From positions 2,177,470-2,209,469 of the forward strand of contig NZ_BCNW01000001.1 in the NCBI RefSeq assembly GCF_001571385.1: a stretch of DNA of 32,000 bases. The letters are read 5' to 3'. Below the pieces are notes generated by a model that did not search any database, had not been told where the DNA came from, and was given only the letters and a program-made list of their open reading frames with translations. Below are positions 21,739 to 30,662 of the stretch, piece by piece (within the stretch, counting starts at the first letter, position 1; each line of letters starts with the position of its first letter). This DNA comes from Methanofollis ethanolicus (lineage in GTDB: Archaea; Halobacteriota; Methanomicrobia; Methanomicrobiales; Methanofollaceae). The position numbers and the translations under genes were made by a program.

Positions 21739-24708
21739 TTATCCCAGCCTCCCCCTGAGGAGGAGGGCGGCACCGGCCGCGAGGACGGCAAGCCCGAAGG
21801 GGAGGGGGCTCTGCTGCGGGGTGGTCGTCGCCGCGGCGGCGGGGGTCGTGACCGGGAGTGCGGTCGCGGTCCCGGTCGGCGTCACGGTCATGGTCGCCGT
21901 CGGCGCGGGTCCGGACTCCCCGGCCCCGATCGCGAAGAGGGAGAAACCGGGGCTCTCGGCGGTGAAGGAGTAGCCGTACGCGTCCTCGCCGACGATACGG
22001 GTCGGGAGGGCGTGCCAGGCGTCGTCGTGGTACCGGTAGAGCACGACGTCCTCAGGCGCGAAGCCCCTCGCGTCCAGCCATGCCTTCGGGACGGTGAAGT
22101 TCAGGGACGCACCCGCGAGGGCGGCGTCCGTGGCGCGGTAGAGAGTCACCTCGTCGTACTCAAAGACCGCACCTGCCGGGGCGTCGACGCCCGAGGGCAG
22201 GCTTCCCTTCTCCACGGTGAGGAGGACTTCAGGGATATGCTCCCCGGCCGTCACGCCGACCTCATAGATCGCGGAGTTCCTGATGCCGAAGGAGGCGTGG
22301 CCGCCTGCCGGGATGTTGCTCGCCGTACCGGCAGAGACGTCGGAGCGACCGCCGCCGGAACCGCCTGAACTGGGGGTCGGCACGGTCTGGAGGGCGAAGG
22401 AAAGGGGCGTGTTCGGGCCCTCGACGACCGTCACCGTCTGTTCGGCCGGGGTCACGTAGCCTGCGAGGGAGACGGTGATCGTGTGGACGCCGGGCGGGAG
22501 GTAGAGGGCGGCGTCCGTGGTGCGGTCGATCGCCACGCCGTCCAGGTGGACGGACGCACCGGTGGGCGTCGATGAGACCTGCACCGTCCCGCCGTACACC
22601 AGCGGGAGGGCGTCGGTGCCGAAGCCCGTGATGTTCAGCGGTTCGTCGCAGATGCCGTCGAAGTCGGCGTCCGCACCCCACTCCGAGATGTTCTGGGCGG
22701 GGTCATTCAGCCAGAGGTTGCCGCCGAGGTACGGCCCGCCCGCGATGTTCGTGCCGGCAGTGCGGGTGGCGTTCAGGACGGCGTCGGATTCCTCTGCATA
22801 GATGTTGGTGGGGTTGTCGAAGCGGCAGTTGGTGATGACGGCACCGGCGGACCTGTCGAAGAATGCACCGCCGCCGTTCATTGCCGTGTTGTTCGTGAAG
22901 GTCATGTCCGTCAGTCTGGCATTGGCGGACCAGAGGAAGAACGCACCGCCGCCGTTCATTGCCGTGTTGTTCGTGAAGGTCGTGCCCGTCAGGGCGGCAT
23001 TGTCAGACCAGAGGAAGAACGCACCGCCGCCGTCGTTCGTTGCCGTGTTGTCCTCAAAGGTCGTGTCTGTCAGGGTGACATTGAAGGAACTGTAGAAATA
23101 CGCACCGCCACCGCCATTTGCCGTGTTGTCCTCAAAGGTCGTGTCCGTCAGGGCGGCATTGTCGGACAGGAGGAAGAACGCACCGCCACCGCCACTTGCC
23201 GTGTTGTTCTCAAAGGTCGTGTCTGTCAGGGTGGCATCGGCGGAAGTGTCGAAGTACGCACCGCCGCCGCCAGCGTTTGCCGTGTTGTTCGCAAAGGTCG
23301 TGCCCGTCAGGGCGGCATTGGCGGAATCAGCGAACCACACACCGCCACCATAATATGTTGCCGTGTTGTTCGCAAAGGCCGTGTCTGTCAGGGTGGCATT
23401 GTCGGAACCTCGGAAGAACGCACCGCCGCCGAAGTTCGTTGCCGTGTTGTCCTCAAAGGTCGTGCCCGTCAGGGTGGCATCGGCGGAAGTGTCGAAGAAC
23501 GCACCGCCGCCGTACGATGTTGCCGTGTTGTTCGTGAAGGTCGTGCCCGCCAGGGCGGCACTGGAGGAACCGGTGAAGTACGCACCGCCGCCGTCGTTGT
23601 TTGCCGTGTTGTTCGCAAAGGCCGTGTCTGTCAGGGTGGCACCGGCGGACCTGTCGAAGTACGCACCGCCGCCGTACGATGTTGCCGTGTTGTTCGCAAA
23701 GGCCGTGTCTGTCAGGGTGGCATTGTCGGAGGTCTGGAAATACGCACCGCCGCCGTACGATGTTGCCGTGTTGTTCGTGAAGGTCGCGTTTGTCAGGGCG
23801 GCATCGGCGGAAGCTTCGAAGTACGCACCGCCACCGCCGCCCGCTGCTGCCGTGTTGTTCGTGAAGGTCGCGCCCGCCAGGGCGGCATTGGGGGAATCAG
23901 CGAAGTACGCACCGCCACCGTTCATTGCCGTGTTGTTCGCAAAGGTCGTGCCCGTCAGGGCGGCACCGGAGGAACCGGTGAAGTACGCACCGCCGCCGTT
24001 GTTCGTTACCGTGTTGTTCGTGAAGGTCGTGCCCGTCAGTCTGGCACCGGAGGAACAGGAGAAATACGCACCGCCGCCGCCGTTCGGTGCCGTGTTGTTC
24101 GTGAAGGTCGTGTCCGTCAGGGCGACATTGGCGGAATCATGGAAACACGCACCGCCGCCAGAGTTTGCCGTGTTGCCGGTGAACGCCGTCCTCTCGACCA
24201 GGAGGTGGTCGACGCTCTCGGCATAGAGCGCACCGCCGAAACCAGGGCCCCCGTTCCCGACAAAGGTGCAGTCGGCGATGGTGAGGCCCTGAATCCCGGC
24301 GGCGTTGATCCCGGCGCCGCCACCAGAGATCAACGTGTTCCTGGAGATGTTAAGGCCGCGGAAGGTGGCGTTGTCCGCGGTGACGGTGAACGCCCGGGCA
24401 GTACCGGAGATGAGGGGTTGGGCGGGCGACCCGTCCCAGCGCGTGACCGTCACATCCGGTGCGGCGATGGTGATCCCGCCCTCGTACACCTGGCCCTCCA
24501 CGCCCCAGATGCGGATCGTGTCGCCGGCGCCGATCTCCGGGATATCCAGAAGACCGGTGAGGTTCTCCGCCCCCGCCACCACGGAAATATTCCAGGTGTG
24601 AGGGTGGTCGATCGCCGCGGAAGCGGCCGCGGGGAGGAGGAGACATCCCGCAAGAAGGCACAGCACTGCGAGTCTGGCCATACTGTCGTGCATATGATCT
24701 GCAATCAT
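21739..24708 (-). CDS. Large secreted surface protein: signal peptide, Pmp-like parallel beta-helix repeats, PEGA-like domain, PGF-pre-PGF-like domain, Thr-rich linker, PGF-type C-terminal anchor
   Basis: Start is set at 'MIADHMHDSMARLAVLCLLAGCLLLPAAASAA' (24708) by alignment with the paralog's RBS-preceded start; the ORF opens at 24783 inside the AT-rich promoter. Dozens of ~27-aa 'TFxNNTA...GGGAYF' (FxxN + GGA) repeats. 'VQVSSTPTGASVHLDG' is PEGA-like. 'ESPGFSLFAIGA...TTTPQQSPLPFGLAVLAAGAALLLRGRLG' is the C-terminal sorting signal. Confidence 0.85.
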   Translation of the reverse strand: MIADHMHDSMARLAVLCLLAGCLLLPAAASAAIDHPHTWNISVVAGAENLTGLLDIPEIGAGDTIRIWGVEGQVYEGGITIAAPDVTVTRWDGSPAQPLISGTARAFTVTADNATFRGLNISRNTLISGGGAGINAAGIQGLTIADCTFVGNGGPGFGGALYAESVDHLLVERTAFTGNTANSGGGACFHDSANVALTDTTFTNNTAPNGGGGAYFSCSSGARLTGTTFTNNTVTNNGGGAYFTGSSGAALTGTTFANNTAMNGGGAYFADSPNAALAGATFTNNTAAAGGGGGAYFEASADAALTNATFTNNTATSYGGGAYFQTSDNATLTDTAFANNTATSYGGGAYFDRSAGATLTDTAFANNTANNDGGGAYFTGSSSAALAGTTFTNNTATSYGGGAFFDTSADATLTGTTFEDNTATNFGGGAFFRGSDNATLTDTAFANNTATYYGGGVWFADSANAALTGTTFANNTANAGGGGAYFDTSADATLTDTTFENNTASGGGGAFFLLSDNAALTDTTFEDNTANGGGGAYFYSSFNVTLTDTTFEDNTATNDGGGAFFLWSDNAALTGTTFTNNTAMNGGGAFFLWSANARLTDMTFTNNTAMNGGGAFFDRSAGAVITNCRFDNPTNIYAEESDAVLNATRTAGTNIAGGPYLGGNLWLNDPAQNISEWGADADFDGICDEPLNITGFGTDALPLVYGGTVQVSSTPTGASVHLDGVAIDRTTDAALYLPPGVHTITVSLAGYVTPAEQTVTVVEGPNTPLSFALQTVPTPSSGGSGGGRSDVSAGTASNIPAGGHASFGIRNSAIYEVGVTAGEHIPEVLLTVEKGSLPSGVDAPAGAVFEYDEVTLYRATDAALAGASLNFTVPKAWLDARGFAPEDVVLYRYHDDAWHALPTRIVGEDAYGYSFTAESPGFSLFAIGAGESGPAPTATMTVTPTGTATALPVTTPAAAATTTPQQSPLPFGLAVLAAGAALLLRGRLG

Positions 24709-24745
24709 AATCCTTCGCATCGTCCCGCCCATTCTTTTACGGGCA

Positions 24746-24775
24746 CAAACTGATTTTTTTATAATGATCAGTTTG
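24746..24775 (-). promoter_or_regulatory. Promoter of surface-protein gene 1: TATA box (minus strand cattataaaaaaa) bracketed by a perfect 9-bp inverted repeat
   Basis: caaactgat (24746-24754) and atcagtttg (24767-24775) flank ttttttataatg. The site lies ~50 nt upstream of ATG 24708. Confidence 0.5.
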
Positions 24776-25011
24776 TATATCAAATCTGCGAAGTAAAAAT
24801 CATAATATGTGAGAACTGATATCTGCCCATTCGTGCAGGCCGGTTCCGGGGGGGCATGTGCGGGTTTTCTCTTTCATCCGGGAGAGGGGCGGACCGGACG
24901 AGGCGCCGGAGGCCTCGGAGACGGCGCGCACAGTGAAGACACCGCCATACCTGCATCGAAAAGGACGTATCATACCGAAAATTCGGTTCAGGAGTGATTC
25001 TCCAGATCCAG

Positions 25012-25019
25012 AAAAAAAA
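25012..25019 (-). terminator. Oligo-T terminator (T8 on minus strand) after surface-protein gene 2
   Basis: An A8 run 6 nt beyond the stop at 25025. The flanking 'ggattttatccc' is shared with 21732-21743. Confidence 0.55.
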
Positions 25020-25024
25020 GGATT

Positions 25025-28000
25025 TTATCCCAGCCTCCCCCTGAGGAGGAGGGCGGCACCGGCCGCGAGGACGGCAAGCCCGAAGGGGAGGGGGCTCTGC
25101 TGCGGGGTGGTCGTCGCCGCTGCGGCGGGGGTCGTGACCGGGAGTGCGGTCGCGGTTGCGGTCGGCGTCACGGTTGCGGTCGGCGCGGGCCCGGACTCCC
25201 CGGCCCCGATCGCGAAGAGGGAGAAACCGGGGCTCTCGGCGGTGAAGGAGTAGCCGTACGCGTCCTCGCCGACGATACGGGTCGGGAGGGCGTGCCAGGC
25301 GCCGTCGTGGTACCGGTAGAGCACCACATTTTCAGGCGCGAAGCCCCTCGCGTCCAGCCAGGACTTCGGGACGGTGAAGTTCAGGGACGCACCCGCGAGG
25401 GCGGCGTCCGTGGTGCGGTAGAGTGTCACCTCGTCGTACTCATAGACCGCACCGGCCGGGGCGTCGACGCCCGAGGGCAGGCTTCCCTTCTCCACGGTGA
25501 GGAGGACTTCAGGGATCTGCTCGCCTGCCGTCACGCCCACCTCGGAGATCGCGGAGTTCCTGATGCCGAAGGAGGCGTGGCCGCCTGTCGGGATGTTGCT
25601 CGCCGTACCGGCCGAGACATCGGAGTGACCGCTGCCGGAACCGCCGGGACTGGGGGAGACGGGGGTTGTGACGGCGATGTTTGCAGTGGAGGTGTCGTTC
25701 CCATAGACATTTCCAACGGTCAGCCTGACGGTGTAGGTCCCGGCACTCACGTAAGTATGAGTCAGGTTCTGCTCAATTGAGGTGGTGCCGTCGCCGAAGT
25801 CCCAGAGCCGGGCGGTGATGTTCCCGGTCGACGCGTCGGTGAAGGTGACGTTCAGGGGAGCATTGCCTCCGGTCGGGGTGACGGTGAAATCCGCCACCGG
25901 TGCCGGGAGGACGCGGACGGCATCGGTGACCGTGGAGACGTTGAAGCTGTAGGCGTTGCTCGCGTTCAGGGAGACGGTGTACGTGCCGGGGGTCACATAC
26001 TCGTGCGACGGGTTCTTTTCGGACGAGACGTTCCCGTCGCCGAAGTCCCATGCCCACGCCGTGACGTCCCCGGTCGACGCGTCGGTGAAGGTGACGGTCA
26101 GGGGAGCGTTCCCTTCCTCTGTACTCTGCGTGAAGTTCGCCGTCGGCGGTGTCAGGATGCGAACCGTTGAATCAGAGACGTTGAACCCGTACGCGTTGCT
26201 CGCGTTCAGCCGGACGGTGTAGGTGCCGGCGGTCACATACTCGTGCGACGGGTTCTTTTCGGACGAGACATTCCCGTCGTCGAAGTCCCACGCCCATGCC
26301 GTGACGTTGCCGGTCGACGCGTCGGTGAAGGCGACGGTCAGAGGTGCATTGCCTCCGGTCGGCGTGACGGTGAAATCCGCCACCGGTGCCGGGAGGATGC
26401 GAACCGTTGAATCAGAGACGTTGAACCCGTACGCGTTGCTCGCGTTCAGCCGGACGGTGTACGTGCCGGGGGTCACATACTCGTGCGACGGGTTCTTTTC
26501 GGACGAGACATTCCCGTCGTCGAAGTCCCACGCCCACGCCGTGACGTTCCCCGTCGACGCGTCGGTGAAGGCGACGGTCAGAGGTGCATTGCCTCCGGTC
26601 GGCGTGACGGTGAAATCCGCCACCGGTGCCGGGAGGACGCGGACGGTCGCATCAGAGAGGCTGAACCCGTACGCGTTGCTTGCGTTCAGCCGGACGGTGT
26701 ACGTGCCGGGGGTCACATACTCATGCGACGGGTTCTTTTCGGACGAGACGTTCCCGTCGCCGAAGTCCCATGCCCATGCCGTCACGTTGCCGGTCGACGC
26801 GTCGGTGAAGGCGACGGTCAGCGGGGCATTGCCTTCGCCGGTGCTCTGCGTGAAGTTCGCCAGAGGCGGCGGGAGGATGCGAACCGTCGCATCAGAGAGG
26901 CTGAACCCGTACGCATTGCTTGCGTTCAGCCGGACGGTGTACGTGCCGGGGGTCACATACTCGTGCGACGGGTTCTTTTCGGACGAGACATTCCCGTCGC
27001 CGAAGTCCCACGCCCATGCCGTGACGTTCCCGGTCGACGCGTCGGTGAAGGCGACGGTCAGCGGAGCGTTCCCTCCGGTCGGCGTGACGGTGAAATCCGC
27101 CACCGGTGCCGGGAGGACGCGGACGGCATCGGTGACCATGGAGACGTTGAACCTGTAGGCGTTGCTCGCGTTCAGGGAGACGGTGTAGGTCCCGGCGCTC
27201 GCGTAGATGTGGTTCGGGTTCTGCTCGGTCGAGGTGGTGCCGTCGCCGAAGTCCCAGAGCCAGGCGGTCACGTCCCCGGTGGAGGTATCGGAGAAGGTGG
27301 CGGTCAGGGGAGCGTTGCCTCCGGTCGGCGTGAAGGTGAAGTCTGCGGCCGGCAGTTCGAGGACGGTGATGGTCACGTCCTCAATCGTACCGGCAGTGAC
27401 GCCGACCGTCGCCCTCCCGTAGGCCGTCGCACCGACCACTTCAAGGGTGTGGTTGCCGGCGAGGAGGTAGAAGGCGTTGTTTGTAGTGCGGGTGGTGTTC
27501 GTGCCGTCGACGAAGACAAAACCGCCGGTGGGCGTCGATGAGACCTGCACCGTCCCGCCGTACACCAGCGGGAGGGCGTCGGTGCCGAAGCCCGTGATGG
27601 TCAGCGGTTCGTCACAGATGCCGTCGAAGTCGGCGTCGGCACCCCACTCCGAGATGTTCCGGGCGGGGTCATTCAGCCAGAGGTTGCCGCCGAGGTACGG
27701 CCCGCCCGCGATGTTCGTGCCGGCGGTGCGGGTGGCGTTCAGGACGGCGGCGGACCCCTCTGCATAGATGTTGGTGGGGTTGTCGAAGCGGCAGTTGGTG
27801 ATGACGGCACCGGTGGAATCGACGAAATACGCACCGCCGCCGTTCTGTGCTGCCGTGTTGTCTGTGAAGGCCGTGTCTGTCAGGGCGGCATCGGCGGAAC
27901 TGGAGAAGTACGCACCGCCGCCGTCATTGTTTGCCGTGTTGTTCGTGAAGGTGGTGTCCGTCAGGGCGGCATCGGCGGAATTGATGAAGTACGCACCGCC

Positions 28001-30583
28001 GCCGTCAGAGTTTGCCGTGTTGTTCGTGAAGGTGGTGTCCGTCAGGGCGGCACTGGCGGAACTGTCGAAGACCGCACCGCCGCCGTCATTGTTTGCCGTG
28101 TTGTTCGTGAAGGTGGTGTCCGTCAGGGCGGCATCGGCGGAATTGATGAAGTACGCACCGCCGCCGTCAGAGTTTGCCGTGTTGTTCGTGAAGGTGGTGT
28201 CCGTCAGGGCGGCACTGGCGGAACTGTCGAAGACCGCACCGCCGCCGTCATTGTTTGCCGTGTTGTTCGTGAAGGTGGTGTCCGTCAGGGCGGCATCGGC
28301 GGAATTGATGAAGTACGCACCGCCGCCGTCAGAGTTTGCCGTGTTGTTCGTGAAGGTGGTGTCCGTCAGGGCGGCACTGGCGGAACTGTCGAAGACCGCA
28401 CCGCCGCCGAAGCCTGCCGTGTTGTCCGTGAAGGTCGTGCCCGTCAGGGCGGCATTGGGGGAACTGTCGAAGAACGCACCGCCGCCGTTCATTGCCGTGT
28501 TGTTCGCAAAGGTCGTGCCCGTCAGGGCGGCACCGGCGGAACCTCGGAAGTACGCACCGCCGCCGTCGTTCATTGCCGTGTTGTTCGCAAAGGCCGTGTC
28601 TGTCAGGGTGACATTGACGGAATTTTCGAAGACCGCACCGCCGCCGTCGTTCGTTGCCGTGTTGTCTGTGAAGGTCGTGCCCGTCAGGGTGGTATTGTCG
28701 GAACCGGTGAAGTGTGCACCGCCGCCGTTCAGTGTTGCATTGTTGTTCGTGAAGGCGGTGTTTGTCAGGGTGGTACCGGTGGAAGAGAAGTACGCACCGC
28801 CGCCATTCTGTGCTGCCGTGTTGTTCGCGAAGGTCGTGTCCGTCAGGGTGGCATTAGAGGAACCTTCGAAGCATGCACCGCCACCGCTGAGGTCCTTTGC
28901 CGTGTTGTTCGCAAAGATCGCGCGTGTCAGATTGGCATTGGGGGAATAGGCGAACCATGCACCACCACTGCCATAATCTGCCGTGTTGTTCGCAAAGATA
29001 GTGTCCGTCAGGTCGGCATCGGCGGAATTTTCGAAATCCGCACCGCCGGCGAAGTCTGCCGTGTTGTTCGTGAAGGTCGCGCGTGTCAGCGTGGCACCGG
29101 TGGAACCGCGGAAGAACGCACCGCCACCGTTGTTCGTTGCCGTGTTGTTCGCAAAGGTCGCGCCCGTCAGGACGGCACGGGGGGAATCGACGAAGTACGC
29201 ACCGCCGCCCCAGTTCATTGCCGTGTTGCCGGTGAAGGTGGTGTCCGTCAGGGCGGCATCGGCGGAACCGGTGAAGTACGCACCGCCGCCGTCTTTCTTT
29301 GCCATGTTGTGCGTGAAGGTCGCGTTTGTCAGGGTGGTACCGGTGGAACCGAAGTACGCACCGCCGCCGTCAGAGTTTGCCGTGTTGTTCGTGAAGGTGG
29401 TGTCCGTCAGGGTGATGTCCACCGAGGTAGAGATGGACCAGGAGAAATACGCACCGCCACCGTTCGCTGCCGTGTTGTGCGTGAAGGTCGCGTTTGTCAG
29501 TCGGGCTGTGGAACAAAGAGAGTCGAAGTACGCACCGCCGCCACCGAAGTTTGCCGTGTTGTTCGCAAAGGTCGTGCCCGTCAGGGCGGCATCGGCGGAA
29601 GCTTCGAAGTACGCACCGCCACCGTTGCTGTTCTCTGCCGTGTTGTTCGCAAAGGTCGTGCGTGTCAGGTCGGCATTGGGGGAACCGCAGAAGTACGCAC
29701 CGCCGCCGGAGTTCGTTGCCGTGTTGTTCGTGAAGGTCGCGCCCGCCAGGGCGGCACCGGGGGAACTGGTGAAGTACGCACCGCCGCCGTCGTTCGTTGC
29801 CGTGTTGTTCGCAAAGGCCGCGCCCGTCAGGGCGGCACCGGCGGACCTGAAGAAGACCGCACCGCCGCCGGTCTCTGCCGTGTTGTGCGTGAAGGTCGTG
29901 CGTGTCAGGGCGACACCGGCGGAATAGGCGAAGTACGCACCGCCGCCGGTCTGTGTTGCCGTGTTGTCCGTGAAGGTCGTGTCCGGCAGGGCGACATCGG
30001 CGGAACTGTCGAAGTACGCACCGCCGCCTTTCTCTGCCGTGTTGCCGGTGAACGCCGTCCTCTCGACCAGGATGTGGTCGACGCTCTTGGCATAGAGCGC
30101 ACCGCCGAGGGCAGAGTCTCCCCCATTCCCGACAAAGGTGCAGTCGGCGATGGTGAGGCCCTGAATTCCGTAGGCGTTGATCCCGGCGCCGCCACCAGAA
30201 CTCAACGTGTTCCCGGAGATGTTGAGGCCGCGGAAGGTGGCGTTGTCCGCGCGGACGGTGAACGCCCTGACGGTGCCGCCGGAGATGAGGGGTTGGGCGG
30301 GCGACCCGTCCCAGCGCGTGACCGTCACGTCGGGCGCGTCGATGGTGACCCCGCCCCCGTAGGTGTGGCCCGGAACACCCCAGATGCGGATCGTGTCGCC
30401 GGCCCCGATCTCCGGGATATCCAGAAGACCGGTGAGGTTCTCCGCCCCCGCCACCACGGAAACATTCCAGGTGTGAGGGTGGTCGATCGCCGCGGAAGCG
30501 GCCGCGGGGAGGAGGAGACATCCCGCAAGAAGGCACAAAATTGCCATTCTGGCCCTATTATTGTATATATGATCTTCAGTCAT
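25025..30583 (-). CDS. Giant secreted surface protein (1852 aa): signal peptide, long Pmp-like beta-helix, PEGA-like domain, 7 PKD domains, PGF-pre-PGF-like domain, PGF-type C-terminal anchor
   Basis: GGGAG lies 4 nt upstream of ATG 30583. The signal peptide is 'MAILCLLAGCLLLPAAASAA'. It has FxxN/GGA 27-aa repeats and seven 'WDFGDG...NPxHxY...GTYTVxL' PKD units. The C-terminal ~200 aa are almost identical to the paralog. Confidence 0.9.
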   Translation of the reverse strand: MTEDHIYNNRARMAILCLLAGCLLLPAAASAAIDHPHTWNVSVVAGAENLTGLLDIPEIGAGDTIRIWGVPGHTYGGGVTIDAPDVTVTRWDGSPAQPLISGGTVRAFTVRADNATFRGLNISGNTLSSGGGAGINAYGIQGLTIADCTFVGNGGDSALGGALYAKSVDHILVERTAFTGNTAEKGGGAYFDSSADVALPDTTFTDNTATQTGGGAYFAYSAGVALTRTTFTHNTAETGGGAVFFRSAGAALTGAAFANNTATNDGGGAYFTSSPGAALAGATFTNNTATNSGGGAYFCGSPNADLTRTTFANNTAENSNGGGAYFEASADAALTGTTFANNTANFGGGGAYFDSLCSTARLTNATFTHNTAANGGGAYFSWSISTSVDITLTDTTFTNNTANSDGGGAYFGSTGTTLTNATFTHNMAKKDGGGAYFTGSADAALTDTTFTGNTAMNWGGGAYFVDSPRAVLTGATFANNTATNNGGGAFFRGSTGATLTRATFTNNTADFAGGADFENSADADLTDTIFANNTADYGSGGAWFAYSPNANLTRAIFANNTAKDLSGGGACFEGSSNATLTDTTFANNTAAQNGGGAYFSSTGTTLTNTAFTNNNATLNGGGAHFTGSDNTTLTGTTFTDNTATNDGGGAVFENSVNVTLTDTAFANNTAMNDGGGAYFRGSAGAALTGTTFANNTAMNGGGAFFDSSPNAALTGTTFTDNTAGFGGGAVFDSSASAALTDTTFTNNTANSDGGGAYFINSADAALTDTTFTNNTANNDGGGAVFDSSASAALTDTTFTNNTANSDGGGAYFINSADAALTDTTFTNNTANNDGGGAVFDSSASAALTDTTFTNNTANSDGGGAYFINSADAALTDTTFTNNTANNDGGGAYFSSSADAALTDTAFTDNTAAQNGGGAYFVDSTGAVITNCRFDNPTNIYAEGSAAVLNATRTAGTNIAGGPYLGGNLWLNDPARNISEWGADADFDGICDEPLTITGFGTDALPLVYGGTVQVSSTPTGGFVFVDGTNTTRTTNNAFYLLAGNHTLEVVGATAYGRATVGVTAGTIEDVTITVLELPAADFTFTPTGGNAPLTATFSDTSTGDVTAWLWDFGDGTTSTEQNPNHIYASAGTYTVSLNASNAYRFNVSMVTDAVRVLPAPVADFTVTPTGGNAPLTVAFTDASTGNVTAWAWDFGDGNVSSEKNPSHEYVTPGTYTVRLNASNAYGFSLSDATVRILPPPLANFTQSTGEGNAPLTVAFTDASTGNVTAWAWDFGDGNVSSEKNPSHEYVTPGTYTVRLNASNAYGFSLSDATVRVLPAPVADFTVTPTGGNAPLTVAFTDASTGNVTAWAWDFDDGNVSSEKNPSHEYVTPGTYTVRLNASNAYGFNVSDSTVRILPAPVADFTVTPTGGNAPLTVAFTDASTGNVTAWAWDFDDGNVSSEKNPSHEYVTAGTYTVRLNASNAYGFNVSDSTVRILTPPTANFTQSTEEGNAPLTVTFTDASTGDVTAWAWDFGDGNVSSEKNPSHEYVTPGTYTVSLNASNAYSFNVSTVTDAVRVLPAPVADFTVTPTGGNAPLNVTFTDASTGNITARLWDFGDGTTSIEQNLTHTYVSAGTYTVRLTVGNVYGNDTSTANIAVTTPVSPSPGGSGSGHSDVSAGTASNIPTGGHASFGIRNSAISEVGVTAGEQIPEVLLTVEKGSLPSGVDAPAGAVYEYDEVTLYRTTDAALAGASLNFTVPKSWLDARGFAPENVVLYRYHDGAWHALPTRIVGEDAYGYSFTAESPGFSLFAIGAGESGPAPTATVTPTATATALPVTTPAAAATTTPQQSPLPFGLAVLAAGAALLLRGRLG
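25680..27355 (-). repeat. Seven tandem 240-bp (80-aa) PKD-domain coding repeats
   Basis: The landmark 'tcgtgcgacgggttcttttc' recurs at 26001, 26241, 26481, 26721 and 26961 (the 26721 copy differs by 1 nt), an exact 240-bp period. The outer two units are more diverged. Confidence 0.9.
27911..28396 (-). repeat. Three base-perfect tandem copies of a 162-bp (54-aa, two beta-helix rungs) unit
   Basis: 27911-28072, 28073-28234 and 28235-28396 read identically by eye. They encode 'GGGAVFDSSASAALTDTTFTNNTANSDGGGAYFINSADAALTDTTFTNNTANND' three times. Confidence 0.9.
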
Positions 30584-30630
30584 AATACTCCCTATCGTCC
30601 CGCTCTTTTTTCACGGGATGTGATGACATC

Positions 30631-30662
30631 CTTATAGATTGCGATGAGATGATATATCAAAA
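30631..30662 (-). promoter_or_regulatory. Promoter region of surface-protein gene 2 (TATA-like ctataag plus upstream TTTGATATA motif)
   Basis: The minus strand reads tttttgatatatcatctcatcgcaatctataagg ~50-75 nt upstream of ATG 30583. The TTTGATATA motif and the 5' leader 'cccgt.aaa..ag.gcgggacgat' are shared with the gene-1 upstream region. Confidence 0.45.

Noticed and set aside
22802-30637. Plus-strand ORFs antisense to the surface-protein genes (e.g. 23363-24226, 27768-28949, 28712-30637) with repetitive 'YAPPP...AVLFVKVV' or 'CRVVREGR' patterns
   Set aside because: Their periodicity simply mirrors the sense-strand 27-aa beta-helix repeats. The minus-strand frames have a signal peptide, recognised domains and a C-terminal anchor.
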